In this document: positions 55,470 to 64,000 of the stretch, piece after piece
Position numbering within the stretch: position 1 is the stretch's first letter
How the letters are laid out: every line of letters begins with the position of its first letter
Virus record (IMG/VR): IMGVR_UViG_3300029288_007050
Location: 1-64,000 of that record
Length of the DNA: 64,000 nucleotides
Source: a virus
Taxonomy: Duplodnaviria; Caudoviricetes
Reading direction: 5' to 3' (one strand)
Notes under the pieces: generated by a model
The model's input: the letters and a program-made list of their open reading frames with translations, nothing else
Told to the model about the DNA's origin: nothing
Databases searched by the model: none
Program-made: the position numbers and the translations under genes

Positions 55470-56261
55470 TTATAAATAAGCAGGATAATATGTTATTTCT
55501 TGATCTAATGCCCAAGTTGCTCCGCCTCCAGTAATTGTCACAGTGTAAGAGTTGCTTGTTGCATTAAATTTTGGAAATACTCCAGTAAAATCTACTTCAG
55601 TTGCAGCACCACCATCATGCGAAACTTTGACTGTCATCTCATCTGTGTCTATAATTAAGTAATCTCCACTTGCGTCCATAGCTAAACTTTCAACTGTTAT
55701 AGAATCTCCAGTAGTCGTATTCGAAAAAACAATTTCTGTAATCGGTGTCGTCGGCGCACCGTCACATGTCCATTTCAAAGAGGGAGAAGGCGGTGCAGAA
55801 CCAGTCGGATTTATAGTTGTAGAAAAAGGTGTTGAATTGATCGAATTAGTCTCAGTGACACTAGATGTAGTATGGCCGAATGGCTGGCATCTAAAAGTAA
55901 TTTGATATGGTATTCGTGTTATGTGATAATGTTCTTCTGGTACATCTACAGCTTCTACAGAACATACATATCTGATAGTTCCTCCACCGTCATCTATATC
56001 TAGCGCTGCTTCATCAGAATGCAATGCTTCTTTCATCGAATCTAAACTAGTTTTAAGATTTGCTTCGGTGTCTCTCGTCAATGTTCCAGAAATTGTAATA
56101 TCTTTCATTTCGTAATAAGTGTTCACAAGTCTAAAACCATCTCGTCTTGCGTTTGGTTCGAGATCGATGACTTTGGAAGGCATGTTTCTATATATTATGT
56201 CTTTCGTTCTGAAATAAGAATCTTGAAGTGAAAAAGAATTGTATGTTATATTTTTAGCCAT
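55470..56261 (-). CDS. distal tail protein (Dit)
   Basis: ITYNSFSL, RRDG, ITISG, ITFRCQPF; follows tape measure. Confidence 0.8.
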   Translation of the reverse strand: MAKNITYNSFSLQDSYFRTKDIIYRNMPSKVIDLEPNARRDGFRLVNTYYEMKDITISGTLTRDTEANLKTSLDSMKEALHSDEAALDIDDGGGTIRYVCSVEAVDVPEEHYHITRIPYQITFRCQPFGHTTSSVTETNSINSTPFSTTINPTGSAPPSPSLKWTCDGAPTTPITEIVFSNTTTGDSITVESLAMDASGDYLIIDTDEMTVKVSHDGGAATEVDFTGVFPKFNATSNSYTVTITGGGATWALDQEITYYPAYL

Positions 56262-56278
56262 AGTATTTCTTCATTTTT

Positions 56279-58612
56279 TTATGTTAGATGTCGAAGAACT
56301 TGTTGTCTTGACAAAACGTCTCTTACCGCGTTTGCTATTAATTGTATGTCAGTCTCACTTCTAACAGTTGGATTATTTATATTGACAGTAATAGGCGCTA
56401 CACCAGAAGGTAAAACTGTTTCTCCACCATGAGCTATTATCGGCACCGCTTGATTAGCACTGCCTGGTACAATGCCACCTGTCTGGAAAGAAAAAATAGA
56501 TTTTATTCTATCCCACATTGAAGCTTCTGGCGGCATATTTGTTTTTCCTACGAATGACTTCATTATTGACCAAAACCAACCTGTTGACGGATCATCGCTA
56601 GCTGCTTGAATCTTTTTAACTTCATTCCAATAGTCTTTGAAAGCACCAATTACATTTTCATTGAAATCTGATTTAAACTGAGACCAAGTAGAAGATAAAT
56701 CCTCTGTATTAGATATAGCTTCGTTAGTTTGACTGCCAAGTTCTTCTACATTAGATGTAGCATTATCGATCGAAGAACTAAGATTATCAAATGCGTCAGT
56801 GACAGTGTCGATAGCGTTTGTTTCTTCACCAGCAGTTTCTTGTATTTCTAACAATTCTTCTCTATATTGATCTAATCTTTCATTAAACGCTCTAGTTCTT
56901 TTTTCGATTTCATCAAGAATAGGCCATGTTCTTGCTTCAGCGATTTCTGCTGCGTGTTTTTTCTCAAGCGCTAATTCTTCATCGAGTTCAGCTTGAAGTT
57001 TAACTAATCTTTCATCTAATTTTGTTTTTTCGTCTGCTAGAGATTCTTCTCTTTGATCAGCTTTTTCTTGAGTTGCTAATGCGTAATCTTCGTTTTCTCT
57101 TTTTAAAGCAAGTCTGATTTCTCTAATTCTGGTTTGGTCTGCCCATATCCCTTTAGATACTTCTTCGTCTAATTCTCTTTGTAGATCTTCAGTTTTTCTA
57201 GTATGAGAAAGAGTTAAATCTGACATTGTGTCTGCAAAGTCTCTTCTTATTTTAGCAGTAGCAGTGCTGTATTCCCTTTGAAGATCATTGATCTGGTCAG
57301 TCAAATCTTTAATTGTTTCATCATGCTTTTTAGCCCATTCAGCCATGTCTTCTCTGAAATCTCTAGTGGCAAGAGCCATGTTCTTCTCTAATTTCTTTAC
57401 TTGTTTAGCTATCTTTTCGTCGACTTCAGTGACAGTGTCTCCAAGTTGTTTGAATGGATTAATAGTATCTTTAATCTTTTGAGCAAGATCAGCCATCGAA
57501 TTTTTCCATTTATCCCATTGTCCAGTAGCTTTTAGAACTAAATATACAAGACCACCGATCGCGACAGAAATAGCTAAAAATACTGCAGCTACTTTTAATC
57601 CAACAAGTATCATTGGTGCAAGAGCAGCCCAGTTCAATACGACAAAACCACTAACAAGCATAGGAAGCATAGCGCCAACCATTGCTAAAGATGCAGCAAG
57701 AGTAGCTAAAACTGTCGTACCGACCAAGAGAACACTAGTCATTGCAGAAGAATTTTCAGCAAATGTTTTTACTTTACCGCTAGCCCATGCGATCATATCA
57801 GATAAAGTGCCAACAAGAGGTATGAGAGTATTACCTAAAGCAATCTTCATCTGATAAAGTTGAGCGTTCAGTCTGGACAAAGTTCCAGAAAAAGTATTTT
57901 GGACAACTTCAGCTGCCCCAGTAAATCTGGAACCTTCTTGCATATAAAAATTATACATCGCTTGATACCTTTGTGCGTTTGATAATTTAGCAACTGTTGT
58001 ATCGAGCGTCTTTGCGTAAGTTTGAAAAACTTTATTTAATTGTGTATTAATACCTGAAGCATCAATTTGTACTTCTCTAAAAGTACGAAAACCAAGAGAA
58101 GTTTTAACAAGAGCTTGACCAAGAGTGTCAGTTATGCTTTCTTTAGCTACTGAAGCAGAATTTAAGAAATTCCACATCAAGTCAGTCGCTTTGTCTAAAC
58201 CTAAACCTGTAGCTAAAAAGTTCGCTAAACCTTCAGCAGCTTCAGACACAGAAATCAAACCAGTCGCTGCAAGTTCTTGCGCTACTCGATTTGTTTCGTC
58301 CATATCTTCACCGACGCTGACAGCAAAAACACCAAGCTTCATAAAAGCTTGTTCACCTTCTCTAGCAGCGTCGACAAATGTCTTCATTAGTGCTACACTC
58401 CCTGCAGCAAGAGCACCAACTACGATAGACATATATCTGAATCTATTACCAAGAGCGTCTAGTTTTCCCATCACATCAGTCGCACCATGACCCATGTCTT
58501 GAGTCATTTTTGTTGTTTTCTTTCCTAAACTCTCAACTGCCTGTTCAGTCTTTTTTACACTAGCAGAAGCATTGTCTTGCCCCTTAAGTTCGATTAATAT
58601 CGTCTTTGCCAT
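56279..58612 (-). CDS. tail tape measure protein
   Basis: IELKGQDNAS start, helical/hydrophobic centre, FQTGGIVPG..AHGGE.V C-terminus. Confidence 0.9.
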   Translation of the reverse strand: MAKTILIELKGQDNASASVKKTEQAVESLGKKTTKMTQDMGHGATDVMGKLDALGNRFRYMSIVVGALAAGSVALMKTFVDAAREGEQAFMKLGVFAVSVGEDMDETNRVAQELAATGLISVSEAAEGLANFLATGLGLDKATDLMWNFLNSASVAKESITDTLGQALVKTSLGFRTFREVQIDASGINTQLNKVFQTYAKTLDTTVAKLSNAQRYQAMYNFYMQEGSRFTGAAEVVQNTFSGTLSRLNAQLYQMKIALGNTLIPLVGTLSDMIAWASGKVKTFAENSSAMTSVLLVGTTVLATLAASLAMVGAMLPMLVSGFVVLNWAALAPMILVGLKVAAVFLAISVAIGGLVYLVLKATGQWDKWKNSMADLAQKIKDTINPFKQLGDTVTEVDEKIAKQVKKLEKNMALATRDFREDMAEWAKKHDETIKDLTDQINDLQREYSTATAKIRRDFADTMSDLTLSHTRKTEDLQRELDEEVSKGIWADQTRIREIRLALKRENEDYALATQEKADQREESLADEKTKLDERLVKLQAELDEELALEKKHAAEIAEARTWPILDEIEKRTRAFNERLDQYREELLEIQETAGEETNAIDTVTDAFDNLSSSIDNATSNVEELGSQTNEAISNTEDLSSTWSQFKSDFNENVIGAFKDYWNEVKKIQAASDDPSTGWFWSIMKSFVGKTNMPPEASMWDRIKSIFSFQTGGIVPGSANQAVPIIAHGGETVLPSGVAPITVNINNPTVRSETDIQLIANAVRDVLSRQQVLRHLT

Positions 58613-58617
58613 GAACT

Positions 58618-58890
58618 TTATTTCCTAAAATATTTTTTCTGTGCAAACTGACCACGTCGAGCCTGGTTCTCGATTTCCTTTTGTTGATGTCGTTCTTCTT
58701 GTTTCATTATTTCATTTAACATCTCCGTGGTGTATGCAGGAAGAGATTGAATGTCAGAATAATTCATTCCCAGATTTTGCCAGAATCTCTTTAATACGAA
58801 ATACTCGCTTAAAGAATCAGAAATAATCTTTTTCGAACTAAACGATAATACTACTTTTTTTAACTCTTCCGTTTTGTCTGCCCTAAAAAA
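58618..58890 (-). CDS. -1 frameshift extension of tail assembly chaperone (gpGT-like)
   Basis: Slippery T TTT TTA at 58884-58890; -1 frame open to TAA at 58618. Confidence 0.75.
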   Translation of the reverse strand, partial: FFRADKTEELKKVVLSFSSKKIISDSLSEYFVLKRFWQNLGMNYSDIQSLPAYTTEMLNEIMKQEERHQQKEIENQARRGQFAQKKYFRK

Positions 58891-59174
58891 TCTAATGTTT
58901 TAGTTGCAGAATCCATCAAAAACATAAAGTCTTTAGCTGGTAGTTTGCCAAGATTCTCTTTGTTTATTTCTAGAGGTTCGTCTTTTTCATTAACAAAAGA
59001 CCACGACTTTATCAGATATCGAAGTGTCTCGATACCACGGTCGTAGTCACTATCAGATTTATTGAGAATCCCTATTTGTTCTGTTAGCAAACCATCATAT
59101 AGTTCGACTTCTACGTCTGGATACGATGGAAGCATTACTTTGTTTACTTTTCTTATGTCAAATAATTTTGTCAT
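58860..59174 (-). CDS. tail assembly chaperone (gpG-like)
   Basis: Between tail tube and TMP; IKSWSF..E..PL.I..ENL..LP. Confidence 0.85.
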   Translation of the reverse strand: MTKLFDIRKVNKVMLPSYPDVEVELYDGLLTEQIGILNKSDSDYDRGIETLRYLIKSWSFVNEKDEPLEINKENLGKLPAKDFMFLMDSATKTLDFLGQTKRKS

Positions 59175-59290
59175 GTTGCTTTTCAGACCGAGAAAAGCAG
59201 TTTGGACATTTTAAGAACTCAAGAATATCTTGAATCCGAATGTTTTGAAAGTTTTTTAAACTTCAAACCAAACACCTGTCTCAGTCAAGA

Positions 59291-60292
59291 TTAATAGTTA
59301 GCTGTTGTGTTAGTAATCTTGATTTGTATACTTTTTGTTTCGTCGGGATCGTATTCCGCTACGAATGTTGGGCTTTCTGTTATGAATCCAGAGATTGAAG
59401 TATCTGTTGCTCGATCGCTTAAGTGAAAGTTAGGTATTCGAATTTCTATCTGTTCATTTGAAGGCACTGTTCCAATTGAATCACCCGTGAACGTAACGAT
59501 CATTGCTGTAACGGGATCAGATCCATTGAGTAAAGTTTCGTAATGAACTCTATCAGTAGTGTTTTCGTAGAATAAAACATATTCTCCTTCGATTTCTAAC
59601 TGTCCCCAAGAAACCTGAGCTGCATCGTTATCTCCACTTAAGTATTGCACTTCAGCGTTGTTGTTGATTCTAAGTGTAAAACTTCTTACTGGTGTAGCAG
59701 AATTTCCAGCAGCATCAGCAAGAGCAGCCGTACCAGTTGCACCACTTCCAAATTTTATGTTGTAGTCTTTGAATGCAAGCACTCTCTCTTCAGTCACTGC
59801 TTGAGTACCAGTACCAGAAGTAGGAAACTTAGAAAGGAAATTCGCTGAAATTGTTGCAAGTCCGTCTGATACGTTGAATTCTAGAGTATTAACTGTAGCA
59901 TAAGTATATTTTCTAGTGTCTTGAGTGTCATTGTAGATAACAGTCATTGAGCGAGGTGGGTTGCTTGTTTTTCTAGTAATAGTGTGTTCATAAACTGCAG
60001 ATTCTCCAGAAGCAGTTGTTGACGAGACAGTACCAAGAGCTGCATATAACAGATATGCTGCATTTTCAGCATCAGCGTATATTTCAATATCTCCTTCACC
60101 GTGTTTTGGACCTTGAACTGCTCCCCATACTCTTTCTCTAACTCCTTTTGCTGCTTCATCAACTATCGGTTCTTGCATACCTCTAATCGTGCATGTGACG
60201 AATGGAAGATATTTCGAAGCTGCTACTGCGATACCTGGCGTTCCTTCAATACCTACTCCGACGAATGGTTCACGTCCGATTTTTATAGACAT
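59291..60292 (-). CDS. major tail tube protein
   Basis: VGVGIEGTPG, YEHTIT, SFTLRINNN, LEIEG, ITN...Y; position. Confidence 0.85.
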   Translation of the reverse strand: MSIKIGREPFVGVGIEGTPGIAVAASKYLPFVTCTIRGMQEPIVDEAAKGVRERVWGAVQGPKHGEGDIEIYADAENAAYLLYAALGTVSSTTASGESAVYEHTITRKTSNPPRSMTVIYNDTQDTRKYTYATVNTLEFNVSDGLATISANFLSKFPTSGTGTQAVTEERVLAFKDYNIKFGSGATGTAALADAAGNSATPVRSFTLRINNNAEVQYLSGDNDAAQVSWGQLEIEGEYVLFYENTTDRVHYETLLNGSDPVTAMIVTFTGDSIGTVPSNEQIEIRIPNFHLSDRATDTSISGFITESPTFVAEYDPDETKSIQIKITNTTANY

Positions 60293-60297
60293 GTTCG

Positions 60298-60525
60298 TTA
60301 TTTTCTATTAATTGTTCTCGTATTCTTTGTTCGACCTTTAGGTTTCAAAGTTTCTTCTTCAGCTTTAACAGTAGAAGCCTTTGGAAGAATTTCTTTTATC
60401 GAATGATTCCCAAGAAGTTCAGTCGCTAATTCGTTCGTGACTTCTTTGATTTCTTCTGGTTCGATGACTAGATCAAATTTCGGGAAAACTAATTTTTTAT
60501 TGCTTTTGTTGATTATTTTTTTCAT
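60298..60525 (-). CDS. hypothetical protein
   Basis: ORF in late operon. Confidence 0.6.
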   Translation of the reverse strand: MKKIINKSNKKLVFPKFDLVIEPEEIKEVTNELATELLGNHSIKEILPKASTVKAEEETLKPKGRTKNTRTINRK

Positions 60526-60688
60526 CTTCGTCTTGTATAGTTATGTCTTTATTTAATTTGTTCAACCATATCGTGAAGTAATTATAGACATTGTCATTAT
60601 AGCATTTAATCTCAATTTCTAGTTTGTCACCCCTAATTCGATATTTGAACTGAAGTTGATGACATTTTTTACATCTAAATTGTCCCAT
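60497..60688 (-). CDS. Mu Com-like zinc-ribbon regulator
   Basis: FRCKKCHQL...IEIKC. Confidence 0.55.
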   Translation of the reverse strand: MGQFRCKKCHQLQFKYRIRGDKLEIEIKCYNDNVYNYFTIWLNKLNKDITIQDEDEKNNQQKQ

Positions 60689-60693
60689 AGTTT

Positions 60694-61161
60694 TTATCGA
60701 GAAATAAGATATTCTATTTGTAAATGCGCTACAACTTCAAGAGTGATGAGATCTTCAGTTCTTCGTCTGACAGTGTAATCTATCGAAGAAATATTCTTAA
60801 TGTTTCTATTCGTACCGAGATCTAAGTTGTCACGGAGAACACCAAGAATCGACGCTGGGTCGATACCTCCTGATGATAATTCTGCTTCCATAGTATCCAT
60901 CAGGAAAACAGTACCAACCATTTTATCTGGTGTTGCATCAAAATATTGTCTAGCGTCGATGACAAGAGAAACATCGATGTTATGCGTATGAGAATCTCTT
61001 TGATTGTCAAGAACATTTGATTCTGTGCTAATCGGATTTAACATTATGCAAGGCATCGAGCTTTCTGGTAAAATCCAAGGGTCACCGATGTAAAAAGCTT
61101 TTACTTTACCTCTCAGTTTTGTTTCTAGTTTTGTTTTTAGTAATTCAATGCTTTTTTTCAT
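60694..61161 (-). CDS. tail terminator/completion protein (putative)
   Basis: Position; YIGDP...PCI. Confidence 0.6.
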   Translation of the reverse strand: MKKSIELLKTKLETKLRGKVKAFYIGDPWILPESSMPCIMLNPISTESNVLDNQRDSHTHNIDVSLVIDARQYFDATPDKMVGTVFLMDTMEAELSSGGIDPASILGVLRDNLDLGTNRNIKNISSIDYTVRRRTEDLITLEVVAHLQIEYLISR

Positions 61162-61664
61162 GCTTGACCTGCTTTATATTTTTGTATTAAACCATTTATC
61201 CAAGTTTCAAAAGTTGAACCAACCATTTGCACACGTTTATCGTCTACATCAGCCAATACTCTTTTTGGTACTTTTCTTTCTCTGCCCCGGAATAAAACAG
61301 TGCCTCCCTCTTGATGAACTATCGCGTAATCAGTGTTATTGTATATATTTGATTGTTTTTTACCAATCAGATTAAAACCAAAACTTCTTTTAAGCAAACC
61401 TGTTCTCAAAAGAGGTTTTTCAACTCCAACAGATTTGCCTTGTTTTCGTAATTCTCTTTTGATAGCTACAGTAGCTGGACTTAAAGGTTTCCAAGGTTTT
61501 GAAAAAGTTTTACCTTCATCTGTAAAGTTGCTAGAAATAGCATTCATATATGATTTCGATGCAAGATTCAAGGGCGTCGACATGTCTTGAAATTCTTTCT
61601 GAAGACTCTTCATAACGCTCACTGTTTCTTTGTCACCTTTTATTGTAATTCGTATCGTAGCCAT
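61158..61664 (-). CDS. virion morphogenesis protein (Mu gpG/P2 gpS-like)
   Basis: NF..EG...WKPLSPAT, L.RTG.L..S, YA.VHQEGG, VPKR. Confidence 0.85.
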   Translation of the reverse strand: MATIRITIKGDKETVSVMKSLQKEFQDMSTPLNLASKSYMNAISSNFTDEGKTFSKPWKPLSPATVAIKRELRKQGKSVGVEKPLLRTGLLKRSFGFNLIGKKQSNIYNNTDYAIVHQEGGTVLFRGRERKVPKRVLADVDDKRVQMVGSTFETWINGLIQKYKAGQA

Positions 61665-61679
61665 ATTATTCTGCTTTTA

Positions 61680-62675
61680 TTATACGAAACCAGTGTCTTT
61701 CAATTTTGTTCTGCGAGAATCAGATAAAGGCTCTGTTGGATCTGTGAATTTGAAATGTTCATCATTAAGATTGAAAAGTTCTCCCCTATCTTCAACATTC
61801 TCATCATAAGTATTGCTTGATGAAGCCATCACGTCAGTTCTTTTCAAAAGTTCTGAACCGTCTTCACCTATAAGAATTATCTTTCCATCTCTGATTTTTT
61901 CTAACAATTCTTCAGCTCTTTCAATTTTACGTTGACCAGTTTTTGATATTTCAACGTCAGCTTCTAATCCATACTCTTTCGCTAACAAATTTCCAGCTGC
62001 TAGCAATGTAACGATATGTTGAAATAATTTTGGTGAAGAACTAAATGGTAGCTGGTAGACTCCAACTACTGCTCCATCTGCTTGTGCTTCAGCTTCAGTT
62101 CTAAATCTATCAACTAGATCAGAACCGATATAGGAATTATTCTGAAAACCTGCTTCTACTTTGATTTTATATATCGATGTATAATGTTCTGTGTCTCCAG
62201 CTTTCGTTGCGACAGCATCGTCTAATGAAGATTCAGTTCCAGTCGTCGAATTATAATATGTTGATTTATACCAAGAAGACGATGTTCCAGATGAATCTTC
62301 AAATTCAGTACCTTCTGGTTGATCAACTTGAATATTTACTGGAGAGCCTTCTGAAGAAAGATGAGAATACGTTCCATCTTCTGTTGAACTTCTATAGAAT
62401 TTTCTTTGATTATATCTGATTACTTGTAGTTGTGTGCCTTTAGCATGTGCAATAGTTATAGCTGAAGCAAGAGTAATAGAATTCGTGCTTGTCGAAGATA
62501 TCTTCAATAATTCTGCAATCTCAGAACCAATTATGTCGACTACAAGATAATCAGCCGATGCAAAACCCTGTGAATTTTCTACAGATAAAGAGGTCTGACC
62601 AGCTGCTTCATCAGCGCTAAGATAAGTTTTTTCGCCTAATACGACTTCTTCAATTGGCGCTACTAATATTTGCAT
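61680..62675 (-). CDS. head-tail adaptor-like protein with N-terminal beta domain
   Basis: C-terminal YTS...AEAQADG...YQLP..LAA..L pattern; position. Confidence 0.6.
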   Translation of the reverse strand: MQILVAPIEEVVLGEKTYLSADEAAGQTSLSVENSQGFASADYLVVDIIGSEIAELLKISSTSTNSITLASAITIAHAKGTQLQVIRYNQRKFYRSSTEDGTYSHLSSEGSPVNIQVDQPEGTEFEDSSGTSSSWYKSTYYNSTTGTESSLDDAVATKAGDTEHYTSIYKIKVEAGFQNNSYIGSDLVDRFRTEAEAQADGAVVGVYQLPFSSSPKLFQHIVTLLAAGNLLAKEYGLEADVEISKTGQRKIERAEELLEKIRDGKIILIGEDGSELLKRTDVMASSSNTYDENVEDRGELFNLNDEHFKFTDPTEPLSDSRRTKLKDTGFV

Positions 62676-62681
62676 AGTATC

Positions 62682-64000
62682 TTATTTCCTTTTGAATAAA
62701 TATATTTTATTATTTTTTGAAAACATATAGACTCTTCTTTTCAGAGGTTCTACTTCTCCAGTTTCTTTAAGTTTTTCAGAAACAGTCATCATGTCTGATA
62801 TCGATAAGTTGAATTCAGCTAAATGAGATAAAGAGTCAGATAAGCTTTCATTATCTATTATACCAATAGAAATTGATTTTGAAAATTCATCCCTAATATC
62901 AACTCTATCAGTCAGAGTAGATTTCGAATCGAATGATACTTCTTCATATACAATAATAACAGTGTCTAGTTTTTTATCAGAGACAAACTTTATAGAATCG
63001 ACGATTGAAATCGTTTCATATAGTTTTTTTAGAATATTGACATCGGGTTTCGAAGAGTCTAAAAACTGAACGCTGTCAATAAAACTTTTATAAGAAGAAA
63101 AAGTTAGAGATTCTAAAGTATTCAAGACGTCAGTTAAATTCATAGAAATGTTCTGAAATATCGTTTCTGAGACATTCAATACGTCTGATTTCTTCATATT
63201 CAAAGCTTTCTTAAGAGCTTCAGTAATAGAAACTCTTTCTTGTCTCTTGATTTCAAGAGACTTGAATAAACTTTCTGAAAAAGATAGAACTTCCGTTTCA
63301 TAAAGTTCAGCTAGAGATTTCTGTTCTTCAGTCAATAAAGTACTGTCTGAAAAAATACGCGCGAATTCTGATGTCAGAATATTGAATTCCTGGATAATCA
63401 TGTTCTCAGAAATGTTTTTATCAATTGCTTTTTTAAATTGTTCAGAAATTAATAAATTTTCTGTCTGTTTCTGGTCAGTCACCATAAATAAATCTAAACT
63501 TTCGACGATCGAAAACATCTCTGAAAAAGTCTTTTCAGATTCTTTAGACAATGCCTCAGCTAGCGTAGAAATATCAATAATTCGCAATTTTGATTCTGAT
63601 ATTTTTGAAAAAGATTCTAAAATCGATAGAACGGCTGAAAAAGAAACATCTGTCTTTTTAGATAAAGCTTCAGCAGCAACGATTAATTCAATAAAGTTTT
63701 GTTTGTAGTCGAATATTCTTGTCAAACTTTCAACAAAAGTAATATTTTCTATTAAACATTTTGAATACTCAGATTTTCTCAATAAAGATTCTGTTATAGT
63801 CAAAGCAGAAGAAAATGAAATGTTTGTTGTCTTCTGCAAAGTTTCAACAATATTTAAAGTTTCTAAAATCATTCTCTGGTATTGTATTGATTTTGTCAGT
63901 GCTTCAGTAATCGATACTGAATTTAGTAACGATTTCTTATATTCCGAAGTTTTTTCAGTAGATTCTGCAACAAGCAATGTTTCTTCTAATGTTTTGCCAG
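62682..64000 (-). CDS. repetitive virion protein (about 19-21-aa repeats), runs off window
   Basis: Recurring (E/D)x(L/I)x(I/V)xExLxK units. Confidence 0.6.
   Translation of the reverse strand, partial: GKTLEETLLVAESTEKTSEYKKSLLNSVSITEALTKSIQYQRMILETLNIVETLQKTTNISFSSALTITESLLRKSEYSKCLIENITFVESLTRIFDYKQNFIELIVAAEALSKKTDVSFSAVLSILESFSKISESKLRIIDISTLAEALSKESEKTFSEMFSIVESLDLFMVTDQKQTENLLISEQFKKAIDKNISENMIIQEFNILTSEFARIFSDSTLLTEEQKSLAELYETEVLSFSESLFKSLEIKRQERVSITEALKKALNMKKSDVLNVSETIFQNISMNLTDVLNTLESLTFSSYKSFIDSVQFLDSSKPDVNILKKLYETISIVDSIKFVSDKKLDTVIIVYEEVSFDSKSTLTDRVDIRDEFSKSISIGIIDNESLSDSLSHLAEFNLSISDMMTVSEKLKETGEVEPLKRRVYMFSKNNKIYLFKRK

Noticed and set aside
1261-63708. Many short antisense ORFs nested in longer genes
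   Set aside because: Shadow frames opposite well-supported genes, with no motifs or expression signals.

Overview
AT-rich 64-kb segment of a tailed dsDNA phage (siphovirus-type tail module), standard genetic code. Bases 1-49,000 are one + strand arm of early/replication/host-takeover genes. Bases 49,100-64,000 are a - strand late arm (lysin, tail tip, Dit, tape measure, frameshifted tail chaperone, tail tube, head-tail joining). Host-derived genes (KhpA, IF-1, SpeD, stand-alone NrdD ribbon, DUF5679, LemA/TPM, pilin-like protein, tRNA-Ile UAU) suggest a Patescibacteria/Parcubacteria (CPR) host; this is inference. Main points of interest: (1) a compact phage-encoded ubiquitin-like conjugation cluster, Ubl-E2-Zn finger-JAB-E1 (35.8-38.2 kb); (2) a probable DNA base-hypermodification cluster before a family B polymerase, with divergent ThyA-like and ThyX-like enzymes, sugar-nucleotide enzymes and a methyltransferase sharing the polymerase's clamp-binding tail QLKLF; (3) an RNA-repair toolkit: Ro60/TROVE followed by a Y-RNA-like array, RtcB, an ATP-dependent RNA ligase, a Thg1-like protein and 12 tRNAs; (4) non-coding signals: 11 near-identical sigma70 promoters, ORFs bracketed by long-range RNA helices inside a tRNA cluster, a switchable cloverleaf leader, a dispersed roughly 10-kb-spaced CGTTCTAGAG motif, and a GGTCGA motif upstream of genes lacking Shine-Dalgarno sites. 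All protein calls come from motif recognition by eye; no searches were run.
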